Shown here in pieces: positions 8,911 through 20,200 of a stretch of 64,000 nt of DNA. How positions within the stretch are numbered: position 1 is the first letter of the stretch; each line of letters starts with the position of its first letter. Source of the stretch: a virus (Duplodnaviria > Caudoviricetes); IMG/VR virus record IMGVR_UViG_3300032038_000040, positions 32,442 through 96,441 of that record. One strand, given 5' to 3'. A model generated the notes under the pieces. It saw only the letters and a list, made by a program, of their open reading frames with translations, was not told where the DNA came from and made no database searches. The position numbers and the translations under genes were made by a program.

Positions 8911-9390
8911 ATGGAAAAAGAAGTAAAAATTGTTCCGCCTGATGGCTATGAGATTGATAGAGAAAACTCAACATTTGAGTGCATTAAGTTTAAGCCTATT
9001 CAATCTAAAAGATGGAGAGATAGTAATCCTAATGTAAGTGGATGGTATGTTCGTAGTAATTATATAGGTGGTAAGTATGTTCTATTTTCTTGGAAAGATG
9101 GTGAACTTGATGTATTCGCTACAGAGAGGCAGGCTAAATCAGCTCTTGCAATGGCTCAAATTAGTCAGATTATGGCTAATGATGAAAGATTTGGCGGTGT
9201 TGTTACTGATGAAGAGTGGAAAGATACTAAAGTAGACAAGTATGTTATACTTCGTGATAATAGGGGTGTTATAAGTGATAGTAGGGCAACTTTTACCTAC
9301 TCTTTTCTTGCTTTTCATACAGAAGAACAACGTGATTTGTTCTTAAAAGAGAATGAAGATTTAGTAAAAGATTATCTAATGATAGATTGA
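8911..9390 (+). CDS. Hypothetical protein (PDGYEIDRENSTFECIKFK family)
   Basis: Motif seen in crAss-like accessory genes. Confidence 0.75.
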   Translation: MEKEVKIVPPDGYEIDRENSTFECIKFKPIQSKRWRDSNPNVSGWYVRSNYIGGKYVLFSWKDGELDVFATERQAKSALAMAQISQIMANDERFGGVVTDEEWKDTKVDKYVILRDNRGVISDSRATFTYSFLAFHTEEQRDLFLKENEDLVKDYLMID

Positions 9391-9394
9391 AGTT

Positions 9395-9742
9395 ATGAAA
9401 CAAGAAGATAAAGAACTATTACTCAAAGACCTTTGTGCAAGGTTGCCTTATGGAGTGAAATGCGTTGTAGAAGGTCTTGATGATTGTACTCTAATGCCTT
9501 CTGATATAGAGGAAGAAAGAGAAATCAAACCTTATCTCCGTCCAATGTCAAGTATGACACTTGAAGAACTTGAAGAATATAGACGTTTTGGCGACCATAT
9601 AAGAGATGCTGAATGTAAAATTCATATTGCTAACTATGAACAAATTGATTGGCTTAATAAGAATATGTTTGATTACCGTAATCTCATTCAGAGAGGTCTT
9701 GCGATAGAAGTAATTAAAAGTAATAACACTTATGAAAATTAA
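9395..9742 (+). CDS. Hypothetical protein (LLKDLCARLPYGVK family)
   Basis: KPYLRPMSSMT...FDYR.LI..GLA motif. Confidence 0.75.
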   Translation: MKQEDKELLLKDLCARLPYGVKCVVEGLDDCTLMPSDIEEEREIKPYLRPMSSMTLEELEEYRRFGDHIRDAECKIHIANYEQIDWLNKNMFDYRNLIQRGLAIEVIKSNNTYEN

Positions 9743-9917
9743 AATAAAATACATTGATTGTGGTGGATTTGGGACTATTATAGATTGTGAAACTCCGAGG
9801 ATATTTTGCCCTTTCTGTAGAGAACGAGTCATTTCTTTTGAAGAAAGTAAAGAAGTTACTCCTACTGAATTATATGAATTACTAAGAAATAACTATAATA
9901 AAATTATATTAACATGA
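9732..9917 (+). CDS. Small hypothetical protein
   Basis: FCPFC; operon packing. Confidence 0.55.
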   Translation: MKIKIKYIDCGGFGTIIDCETPRIFCPFCRERVISFEESKEVTPTELYELLRNNYNKIILT

Positions 9918-10333
9918 ATAAGATATGCACAAGTATAGAACAATCCAGAAAACTCATAGAGTTAGGGATTGACATAAAAACTTCAGACATGTATTATTGG
10001 TGTGGTGAAGAACTTAGAATATATGCAGGTGGATATAAGGCACAAAATAAGGAATATGATATTCCTGCTTGGAGTCTTTCTGCATTAATGCACTTGCTCC
10101 CAAGTGTATTGACAGTAAAGGGAGAATATTCTGAAACTCAATATGAAATAGATATTCGCAAGTGTGCATTAACTGATATGGTAGATATTTATCAAATTGC
10201 TTATGGTAATTATCGTTGGCATGATGATGGAAGCAGCTCCTGGTCAGACATGATTAATACTGGTCAAAGGGAAGAGTTAATTGATGCGGCATTTGAAATG
10301 GTTTGTTGGTTAAAAAAGGAAGAGTACATATAA
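9914..10333 (+). CDS. Hypothetical protein (TSIEQS.KL.ELG...PAWSLSAL family)
   Basis: ATGA overlap; recognisable family motifs. Confidence 0.75.
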   Translation: MNKICTSIEQSRKLIELGIDIKTSDMYYWCGEELRIYAGGYKAQNKEYDIPAWSLSALMHLLPSVLTVKGEYSETQYEIDIRKCALTDMVDIYQIAYGNYRWHDDGSSSWSDMINTGQREELIDAAFEMVCWLKKEEYI

Positions 10334-10349
10334 AATAAAACAAATAATT

Positions 10350-10670
10350 ATGGAAGATTTTAAGGTTAAATATTATGAAGCTCTTAAAAGAGCAGAGAAA
10401 TTATATGAGCAAGGTACAATTACCGAAAGTCTTAATTATATCTTCCCCGAACTTGCAGAAAGTAAAGATGAAAAGGTAAGAAAAGCACTAATAGAATTAG
10501 TCAAATTTTCAAAAAAGAGCTGTTTTGAAATACTCAAGGACGAGTCATTTAATATCGTTTCTATGGATGCAATGCTTGATTGGCTTGAAAAGCAAGGCAA
10601 ATCTGCTGATTTTGCTGAAATCCAGAATGAAAGTGGCTTTCAACAAAGGTTATATCACAGCATTAGATAA
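10350..10670 (+). CDS. Hypothetical protein, IFPELAES family (paralogue of 6395..6784)
   Basis: See paralogue; 3' end overlaps a possible short ORF starting at ATG 10627. Confidence 0.65.
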   Translation: MEDFKVKYYEALKRAEKLYEQGTITESLNYIFPELAESKDEKVRKALIELVKFSKKSCFEILKDESFNIVSMDAMLDWLEKQGKSADFAEIQNESGFQQRLYHSIR

Positions 10671-10711
10671 CATGGAAAAATTAATTAAAGAACTAAAAAA
10701 TAGAATTAATT

Positions 10712-10930
10712 ATGACGAAACAAGTATTGGAACTAATCCTTCGGAAGTTCAAGGAGAACAGGCTAACAATGGATGAGGCAGTGCTTCTCATTCAAAGTTA
10801 TAATACCATCACTTATTCGCCAACTTATGTGCCTAGTGTATTTAATACCTTGGAACCAGGAAAAGTAACATGTACTCCAGAAACTACAATAACAACAAGT
10901 GATGGTATAGTCACCACTAAAATAAATTAA
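10712..10930 (+). CDS. Hypothetical protein
   Basis: ATG with A/T-rich leader. Confidence 0.6.
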   Translation: MTKQVLELILRKFKENRLTMDEAVLLIQSYNTITYSPTYVPSVFNTLEPGKVTCTPETTITTSDGIVTTKIN

Positions 10931-10933
10931 ATT

Positions 10934-11164
10934 ATGTTACCATTAAAGATGTACAATAGTCTGTCATACAGACAGAGAAAACAGATTGCAAGAACAGTGT
11001 TCTCACACATGGGAGATGAGTTCATCAACCGCATGGCAGAACCATTTCACCATAACTTTGACTATGACGAGGGGCATTGGTATAAGCTCATGCTTGACCA
11101 TTGCTCATACAATAAGGAAAAAAAACTAATAACAATCAGAATCAATATACCAGTAGAATTATGA
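10934..11164 (+). CDS. Hypothetical protein
   Basis: Operon packing. Confidence 0.6.
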   Translation: MLPLKMYNSLSYRQRKQIARTVFSHMGDEFINRMAEPFHHNFDYDEGHWYKLMLDHCSYNKEKKLITIRINIPVEL

Positions 11165-11248
11165 GTGTTATACCAAAAGAGTTTGAGAAACTCAGAAGAG
11201 AAGATGAGGAAAATTGAATTTAATATCAAATTTTAAATTAAGACAATT

Positions 11249-11653
11249 ATGGGATGGGAAACTAATGTACCAACTATGTTGACCTTTAGTAAGGAAACAT
11301 ATACTAATGAGTATCAAGTTGAAAATGAAATAGAAGACTTGAAAAAGCAGATTGCTGACCTCAGGGAAGATTTGGTTATCTATGCAATGGGTAATCCAAA
11401 AGACTTTGTTGAGAATGAGGACAGTACAATAATGTCAGTCAAGGAACTGGTCAAAGATACTCTTGAGCTTCTTGAAGATGACTATTATAAGTTATGGAAA
11501 CTTGAATGTCTTCTTAAAAATTTCAAATGTCGTGGTGGTGACTTTGTGGAGAACCCCGACTATGAGAAGAATATCAAAGAATGGCTTGATGAAAGCTATA
11601 TCAATGGTAATATAAAGTATTATAATGAGCATAAAGAAGAAGAATCACAATGA
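11249..11653 (+). CDS. Hypothetical protein (coiled-coil, acidic)
   Basis: ATG, 134 aa. Confidence 0.7.
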   Translation: MGWETNVPTMLTFSKETYTNEYQVENEIEDLKKQIADLREDLVIYAMGNPKDFVENEDSTIMSVKELVKDTLELLEDDYYKLWKLECLLKNFKCRGGDFVENPDYEKNIKEWLDESYINGNIKYYNEHKEEESQ

Positions 11654-11745
11654 GATGTTCAGGAAATTGTCTTGCATGGCTACTGATATTTCTTATCAGT
11701 GGAATATTTTGGTATGGATTATTTAAACTTATAAGCTTACTTTAA
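11650..11745 (+). CDS. 31-aa hydrophobic single-TM peptide (not in ORF track)
   Basis: MRCSGNCLAWLLIFLISGIFWYGLFKLISLL; ATGA overlap upstream; stop 1 nt before the GH16 start. Confidence 0.55.
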   Translation: MRCSGNCLAWLLIFLISGIFWYGLFKLISLL

Positions 11746-11746
11746 A

Positions 11747-12475
11747 ATGAAACTAATTGAATTAATTAAAAGAATTTTTTGTTGGAGAAGAAAACCAACA
11801 CCTGTAGAAAAGTATCAGCAATTATCTGATATTGAGTGGGAAATCTGTCCTGAAGGACCTTCTGCTTGGAATAAGCATGCTGGACTTAAGTACCAGAAAG
11901 TAATTATTGGCAGACAGCCTTGTATAAGACTTGCTTGCAGGAAATCATCAAAAAATGAAGATGGCTGGCAGACAGCTGCCATAAAATCTATACAAGCTTA
12001 TGGTGATGGTAAATTTGAATGTTGGGCTAAATTTAAAAGTGGCAAAGCCACTTGGCCTGCTATATGGATGTCACACCCTGGTGGAGCAAAAAATAACTAT
12101 GCCACATATTATGAGATAGATTTAAGTGAGTATTATGAAACTCGTGATAATACTGAAACTACTTATCATTATCCGCAATCAATGAGGAAAGAATCTAAAT
12201 TTATCAATGTAAAAACAAAGATAAATCTGGATGAATGGAATCACTTTATGTGTAAGTGGGATGAAAAGAGTATTGAAGTATATATCAATGACAACCTTGT
12301 TCTTAATATCACTAATACTAATGATAGTACTTATTTCCCTGTTAACAAAGAAGACAGGACTTTTCAGATTATCCTAAGTATGCAGTATACAAATAAGTGG
12401 CTATCTGAACCTGATTTGAGTGAATTACCACTATGGATGGATGTCAAAAATATTAAAATCTATAAAAAGCTTTAA
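11747..12475 (+). CDS. Glycoside hydrolase family 16 protein
   Basis: GKFECWAKF, TWPAIWM, catalytic EIDLSE (E-x-D-x-x-E), WNHF...W. Confidence 0.85.
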   Translation: MKLIELIKRIFCWRRKPTPVEKYQQLSDIEWEICPEGPSAWNKHAGLKYQKVIIGRQPCIRLACRKSSKNEDGWQTAAIKSIQAYGDGKFECWAKFKSGKATWPAIWMSHPGGAKNNYATYYEIDLSEYYETRDNTETTYHYPQSMRKESKFINVKTKINLDEWNHFMCKWDEKSIEVYINDNLVLNITNTNDSTYFPVNKEDRTFQIILSMQYTNKWLSEPDLSELPLWMDVKNIKIYKKL

Positions 12476-12477
12476 AA

Positions 12478-12627
12478 ATGAAAACATACTATTTTAGAAT
12501 ATACCAGTTTGGTGATGAGGATGGTGATACCATACATATGAAAGGATACTCACCAGAGGATGCTGAGAGAAGTATAAGAAGAGAATATCATTCCATTGAT
12601 AAACTTATTTATTTATATTGTAGATAA
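12478..12627 (+). CDS. 49-aa hypothetical protein (not in ORF track)
   Basis: MKTYYFRIYQFGDEDG...LYCR; exactly fills the gap. Confidence 0.5.
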   Translation: MKTYYFRIYQFGDEDGDTIHMKGYSPEDAERSIRREYHSIDKLIYLYCR

Positions 12628-12629
12628 TT

Positions 12630-13046
12630 ATGGATAAAAAAGAAATTAAATTGCCAGATTCTTTTCTTACAAAAGAACAAGAAGAGATGCTAAAAAAATC
12701 TCTTGATGAGATATGTTGGGATAATTACGTTATTGGAAATAATGTTAATCATCCAAAACATTATAATCAACATCCTTCGGGAATAGAATGCATAGAAATA
12801 GTTCAATATTATGACTTTTGTTTGGGAAATGCCATTAAATATATATGGAGAGCAGGACTAAAGTATGATGAGAGCAAGTATCAGACTAAAGAAGATATTG
12901 CAGAAGCTAAAATAGAGGATTTAAGAAAAGCAATATGGTATTTAGAAAGAGAGATTGACCTTATTGAAAAGGGTAAAGAGAAGTCAAAAACAGAAGTAAC
13001 TTATGATCCTGCTGTTACAAGTATAACAGAAAACATTGAAAATTGA
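12630..13046 (+). CDS. DUF3310 (SaV-like / T7 gp1.7-like nucleotide kinase family) protein
   Basis: VNHPKHY...IECI...FCLGNAIKYIWRAG.K...EDLRKAIWYL. Confidence 0.88.
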   Translation: MDKKEIKLPDSFLTKEQEEMLKKSLDEICWDNYVIGNNVNHPKHYNQHPSGIECIEIVQYYDFCLGNAIKYIWRAGLKYDESKYQTKEDIAEAKIEDLRKAIWYLEREIDLIEKGKEKSKTEVTYDPAVTSITENIEN

Positions 13047-13341
13047 AATTATGTGTGTCTTTTTTATGATTATTGGGATAATCTCTATATTATTGTTTAT
13101 TCCCAAATTTATTGCAGTGTGTCTGATAAGTCATCTTAATAAGATAAGACCAAAAGAAGAAAAATATAATGCTATTTACTACTTCTCTTCAGACAAATGT
13201 ATTTGGTGGAATGCAAGAGAGGGATTTTATTTTTTGCCTTCCATAAGTTCCACATTTAGTTCAAAAGAACTTGTCTTTGATGTGAAATGGCTTGCATTTA
13301 CATACACTATAGCATACTATTATAAGCACGCTAATGACTAA
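13036..13341 (+). CDS. Hypothetical membrane protein
   Basis: N-terminal hydrophobic helix; start could be ATG 13051. Confidence 0.55.
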   Translation: MKIEIMCVFFMIIGIISILLFIPKFIAVCLISHLNKIRPKEEKYNAIYYFSSDKCIWWNAREGFYFLPSISSTFSSKELVFDVKWLAFTYTIAYYYKHAND

Positions 13342-13344
13342 AAT

Positions 13345-13376
13345 AAATATAGGAGGAAGAATCCTCCTATATTTTT
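13345..13376. terminator. Bidirectional intrinsic terminator between the convergent arms
   Basis: AAATATAGGAGGA-AGAA-TCCTCCTATATTT perfect 13-bp stem with A/T tracts on both sides. Confidence 0.85.
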
Positions 13377-13379
13377 ATT

Positions 13380-16300
13380 TTAATTATATTTGTTATTGAA
13401 AATTGTAAATACGTTGTCCTGATTTTCAAAGTCTATTGTCTTTTCAATTCCTGACCACCAAGGAATAGTGTATGTTTTAATACCATATAAATATTTATCC
13501 ATACCTTTGTATTTTCCTTTAGATACTTTATCCCCAATATCTCCTACTCCTAAAATAGGGTATAGTAAGGCGTTAACAGTAGAAATGGCTGCAACAGGCT
13601 GGTTAATCATGGTCTTAATTTCCTGCCAAGCTCCAAGCACACTAGTTAATTTGGCATCCATAGTCAATCTCTATAATTGATACCTCGCCATTCTTGTCCA
13701 CCAATCATCATTCTTTTTTGGTCCTCCAAACAATGAAGAAAGTCCCATTAATCCGAATATCATAACTTGCTCTGCCCAGAATTTCCTTCTATTTCCAAGC
13801 ATCCTTTTTCTTTCCTCTTCTGTCTTAGCATCTTTTATTTTTACAAAGTCCTCTACTTGAATTCCAGCAAGAGTTTTAATATAATTTGTATAATATTTAA
13901 ACATCTCATACTGAAATCCTTTTTCCCACATTTTGGTAGATGCACTCCAATGTTCTTTTCTGAATCTATTGGAATACATTTCCACCATCCACTATCTAAA
14001 CTACATTGCTGCCCTTCCTGTCATCTTTTGTGCTATAAGACCTTTATCTTCTTTGTTCATAGATCCATGCAAGTTCTAATTGCATTCTCTTATTTGACCT
14101 TTGAGAGTGGTAATATAACCTTCCATAGTCACAGGTATTCTTCCATCCTTATCTACTGTCACTCCATTCTTTATCCTCAATTCATAATTTCCATCTTTCT
14201 CTACTCTTTCAAATATAGAATCTCTTGTGCCTAAGACTGGAACTTTCTTTCCATTGTAATACACTTTGGCATTATGCAGCATTGCCAACATTACATGAGT
14301 ATGAAAAAAGTACTCTCCAGTAGAGTATCCAAACAGTGAATTAAAAGAACTCAGTATTCTTCTAGAAACACTCTTATAATATCTTTTTCTGTTACTCTTC
14401 TCAAAAGAATCCTAGCATGGGTCAAACAATTCTACCAATAAGTTCATAGTACTTCTCTAATCATTTGTAATCCAATCCAAGAAGTTACTTCTACTTGTAA
14501 ACCTGTTATTGGCAGCCATCTTTCCTAGTGCCCAGACATAATCTTTTAAATTAAAGAATCTTCCTCCCATAGCTTCCAATATTGTCTGATACTCTCCAAC
14601 AATACCGTTATTTATCCAGCCTTTCATATTAGCTGCAAGTCTTGACTATGTAGTATATTTTAGTAAGAAATCTCCTACTCTTGCTGGAAGTCCCGTGTCT
14701 TTTTTCTCAACACCATATAATCCCTTTTCCATATAGCCATCAAGAATTGCAAGCAAGTCCTCTTTCTTAGCTATATCTGCAAGTTGTTTTGCAACTACTC
14801 CTGCTTGAGATTCTGATACTTCTACTTCATTATTCTTAGTAGGAACAAATGATTTCTCTTCAATATAAATCTGTAACATTTCCATAATAGACTTGACATC
14901 ATTAAGCTGATTATAATTAGTTGCTGTACCTGCAAGTAATTCCATTCCTGCGGAAAAATCTTTTAGTAATTCAGCTTGGTTACTTAATTTCCTCATATAA
15001 AATACAGGAATATCTCTCTGCTTAGATCCTTTACTTGTTCCTTGTGCAACTTTATAGTCTTCTCCTTCGATACTTAAAGCATTCTGAACATAATCAGTGT
15101 CATCTTCTTTTATTTTAAAAGGCTTCATTTTTTCCTTTAACACATTCCATGTATCTCTGGCAGAAAGTCTTCCTTTTACACAGTCACCCAATACATCTAA
15201 AGTGCTGTTTCTAACCTAAGGAGGAAGATAATGGTTCTGTGCATAGGTAGGTAATAAAGTTCCCAGTTCTCCCTTAATCTACATCATTGTATTATAATAT
15301 TCCAATTGTGCCTAAGTGAGATTTGCCATTTCATTTCCCTGCCTGTAGTTTCGATTTGGAACTCTTTCTGTTCTTTGAGACACCTAATCTACAACTCTTT
15401 CTACAGTATTTGCATCTTCCCAGCTTCTTAGTGCTTGTTGAAATTCAATTCCTTGAAGACCTGCATTTTTTAATGCATATATTTTCTTATTTCTGGCTTT
15501 ATTATATTTAATCCAATCAATATCAGAAATAATATAGCCATAGGAATTATACATAAATCTAGAATCAGAACCTGAATTTAATAATTTCCTGTTGGCTCTT
15601 GCAATTCGTCTTGATATTCCTGCCTTTATTAAATCCCTTTTGTCTCTGGCATCCTATAGCACAGTGCCCATCAATGCAAATAAAGGCTGAGTTGACCTTC
15701 CCATAGAATATAACATCTCTAATGTAGTTCCTTTGTTTTGCAAATCAAGCAAGTCAGTAATTGCTAATCCATTTGGAGTTTCTGGACCCATAATTTCAAA
15801 CAATAAATCAACTACAGCCTATTCTCCCAAACTTCCCTCTCCATCCAAAAGCTACACTCTAAGATTAGCCATCTTATCTCGCAATTTCTTAGCAACATCC
15901 TACAATACAGTTCTGTCTTGAGGAGTAATATTAACTTCTATTGTATCTAAAGTATCCAAATTACAAAGAGCCTCAACAGTAATAGAATAATTATTTATCA
16001 TATTATTTATAGTATTAAATACTTCAGCCCTCTGCTTTATATATTCCATCATATTACCATTATTAGTTATACCTCTCATAAGACTGTCTGCAATATTAAA
16101 CATTCCATCCAGTTCTCCTAAGACATCTAATAATGCTGTATAATGCTATTGTTGCTGAATTTTATTCTGTAAATCTATTATTTTATCTTCTATGGCTTTC
16201 AGTTGATTTCTCTGCCCATATTTTTTCAAATTATTTAATTGTCTCTGCAATCCAAGAATAATATTGTCTGCAGCATCTGTGAGAGATGTCACCCTGTTTC

Positions 16301-17240
16301 CTATCAGTCTTGCTTCTCTTCCACTTAATCCTGCCTTTCTTGCTATTTCATCCCATTTCTTTTGTATAGGTAAATTATCTGAATTCTGTATAATTGTATC
16401 ATACTGTTGTTCAAGAGTTCTTCTTAACTGATATACATTCAAAGGATAATTTTTACATAGGTCTATAGTATTTTCTATAAACTGCATAGTTGCAGGGCTT
16501 ACAGTATTATTACTGTAGGCATCAAACACTTTTGTAGCAACATCTTCCAGTGTTCCCCATCTATTTAGCATATTCTATACTTGGGCAGTAGATTCTCCCA
16601 TAGTAAGCAATGCTCTCAGCTCTTCTTTTGTTAGATTTGAGTTCTGTTTATTTTTTAATATATCCAAAAAATTAAGGAAAGCAGAAAAATGCATAGGATT
16701 AGCAGTACTTCGCATAAAATCAAAGTTATCTATGTTTATTCCGGCATTCTAAAATTCCTAAGAAAGCTAATCCCAAATCTATTTTTGTGTTTCTAGTTCC
16801 TCTTTATATAAAATATTATCCTTGTTTATATCTGTAGTTATTATAGTAAAGTCATCACCTCTTGGAACTATTTTAGCTATTCTTCCTTTGTGTTGAGCAT
16901 TAAAAGTTATAGCTTCATCCATAGCCTCTTTGAAATCTGTATATACTTTCTAATTTCCTGTATTTGGATCTATTCCTGCTACTGATTTAGACCTTATATC
17001 ATTGGCAATATCTGCCACATGAAGGAAATTATACACATCTTTTGCCTGATGCTCCCCCTATTTATTTCTTTTAATGGGGTTTGTAGGATGATTTTCCATT
17101 AAGTCACCTATATTCTTAGCTACATATGTGGCATACACATAATTAGCCAAGTAATTATTCTTGCATATCTTATGCAGATTTTTATATAATTTACTATATT
17201 CCCCATTTGGGGCTAATGGTATTGTACATGATGCTGCCAT
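13380..17240 (-). CDS. Large virion cargo protein (~1286 aa, TAG=Gln)
   Basis: Seven track fragments share one frame and break at TAG; ATG 17240, TAA 13380; syntenic with the last giant gene of the crAss RNAP cluster. Confidence 0.8.
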
Positions 17241-17255
17241 AATAATCTATTTTAA

Positions 17256-20200
17256 TTAACAATATTCTATTGCTGAAGTATCTATATCACTTGTATCTAT
17301 AACATCATCTCCAGTTATTTCTTGTAAGATATTTTGCATTTCATCTTTTATTTTTTGCTCCTGTTGTGCTGGAGTTAAACCAGAGTTTTGAGCCTAGTTA
17401 GGGAATAGTTCTTGTCTTAGGTTTCCATATACTTCTCCTAGTTCTGCAGTCTATGCCTGTATTTGAGCCTGCTGTTGTGTTTCTGCATAATCTGCATCAA
17501 CAACTTCTACGTCTACTTCCATTCCATCAACTACATCTATATCTACAGGAACTGACTCATAGCCATCAGCAACTTCTACATCTATTTCCTAACCATCTAC
17601 GACATCTACATTTTCAACTTCTGCTTCCTAAGCAACTTCAACGTCAGTAACAGCTTCTACTCCTTCACTATTCTCTTTAGATTTAGACAATTCTTCTTTT
17701 CTTTTCTCAGCTCTTTTTTCTGCTAATGTCATATCATTAAGTTTCTTTCCAATTTCAAAATATTCTCCCTCATTTCCTAACAAGGAAGATATTCTCCATT
17801 TTCCATACTCATCTTTTACAAGTAGCTTCTCAACATCATTCTCTTTCACTCTGATTGCAATTGTAGCATCGTCTACAATGCCATCTTCACCTAGAAGAGG
17901 TTCACCACTGGAAAGTAGAACTGATACTGTACCGTCTTCTTTGTGCTGGATTCTGCAATTCTCATATAATTGAGCTGACCTTGGATTATTTCTTATGTAG
18001 TCTACCATACAAGAATATTTTTCTGCTTCTCCCATAAGAATTGGATTAAGGTATGTCTAAGCATAATTACCCATTTGAGCTTTTACAGAAATAGGACACA
18101 AAGAAAGGAAAGTATAAGGACTGAATTTAGTTCCTGTTTTGTAGCAGTTATATAAAAATAACTTGGCTGACAATTCAGGATTAGCTTGATGTAAGTCTTC
18201 CCAAGCTGCAGAAAGCATATTTTTAAGTTTCTTGTCAACCCCAAGAGATTGTATCTGCAAATAAATATGTCCTTTCCTATTGGCAGTTAAGCTTATGGAT
18301 TTCAGCAGTAGATTATCTTTAAGTTCCTCAGGCAAATTCTGTCTTATATTCATGAACTCTGATGGGAATTCATCAATAAAATACTCAAGTCCCATATTTT
18401 GTGGTATCCCATACTTAGCTTTTACAGACTGTTCTCCATGAGAAGCAAAGAATAAATAAGACAAATAGAAATCAGAAAATGCCTAAAGCTTCTTTTCTCT
18501 TTCTACTATTCCTAGATCTTCTGCCATAGAGAGAAAATTAAAGCTATTTGTAGGGAATCTTGTAAATATATCCCTAGCTATGTGATATGCCTAATAGAAT
18601 TCTCTTAATACAGGATGGTCATCAAATACCCTATCTAAAGTAACTTTGTCTTTTCCTATATACAGACTACCTCCCTGCTCAGGGAAGGCATTGGAAATCT
18701 TATGCCCATTAATGATAGTATTTGTTATCTATGGGCCTACAGCACTAGTGATAGAATTTAATCTGGATACTGATGTAGTGCCCTTTATTTTATTCAATAA
18801 GAGCATAAACTTACTTAAGGCACTAAGAGTCTTAAATTCTCTGACATCATCATAATTTTTTATTCCATCAATCAACTCTTCTTGTGTAATATCAGACATC
18901 CAAAGAGCATTTTCTTCATTTACTCCTAAGTTCTTTTTTAATTCTTCTATTCTTTCAGATACAGTGCTGTCAAATGTTGCCCAGCCCTCCTTTAATTGTT
19001 TCTTATTGTATTTATTAATTATGTCAGTTATTGCTTTCTAAGATAAAAACAGGGATGCTAATTCAAAAGACATTCCACATCTTATAAGAGCTGTAAGTAT
19101 TGGTGCAGTCTGATTATTAATATTCATCAAATTAAGTACAGGGTCCTTTACAGCATCTGCAGCACTTGCAACCAAACTTCCAAGTATTTTACCAATCAAT
19201 TCTCCCTTTTTATTAAATTGAGCATCCAAATTTAAGAATGCACCAAATTTAAAATCTCCAAGAGAGAATCCCTATAGATTATTCATTGGAAGAGTGTCTG
19301 CCACTTTGACTCCTATCTAATTACCTTCAAACACTGAATGTGCTGTTTTCTATACTGCAAACATTCCTAATATGGCTCCAGCCACAACATTTTGCTTATA
19401 GAATTTCTGGTTAGTGCCAAAGAACAGAAGATTCTCTGATTTCTAAGCAAGGTCTGCAAGCTATCCAATTTCCATTTTTTCTAGTACTTCAAAAGGAATG
19501 TTTGTATTTCTTGCTGCCTCTACCAAATATCCCATCTTCTTCTATGCATCGAATCCTCCAGGATTTAATACCTGGTTTGCCTGAGTTTCGTGTGTCATAA
19601 GACCATAGGACATATTAAATAAAGTGTTGTTTCTTCCTGCAACTCCTTCAGATTCTTCTTTGTAAGAATATGCCAATTTCTAATATTCCTAAGCAATAAC
19701 ACTATGTATTTTGCTTCCTTTTGGCACTTCCAAGGTTTCCATATACCTGTCTATGATATTAGAAATACCTTCCTTCTGCTGGTCAGTCAAATTAGAGTAT
19801 CTGTTGAAGACATTCTCTTTTAATTTATTTGTATCAACAGCATTAACCTCAGTTTTAAACTCTTTCAGCATCACATAGAATTTATCTATATCAAAATCTG
19901 AACCTGTAAGTGTAGTAATATCATTAGGAAGAACAATCAAATCTCCTGAAATTTCTGGAGTAAATCCAACTATTTTCAATGGAGCCACAGAATATTTAGC
20001 CTCAGTAGGAATTCTATATCCCAACATCTTCAACATTTCTGGATTAGCCTGTTCTATGGCTTTAATATCCACTTCTCCCTTTTCATTCATGAATGGAGCA
20101 AATAGTTTTTTGCTATATACAGGAGCAAAGCACTCATAATAAGCAATACCAGCCTGGTTCTCTTGTATATATTCCTTGTAAGTCTGCTTTTTAGCAAGTC

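Noticed and set aside
598-9832. - strand ORFs in the early arm (598..831, 2937..3173, 6004..6198, 8144..8416 etc.)
   Set aside because: Antisense to well-supported + strand genes or to a structured spacer.
10525-10776. Programmed frameshift between 10350..10670 and the overlapping frame
   Set aside because: No clear slippery site. An internal ATG (10627) or a deletion scar explains it equally well.
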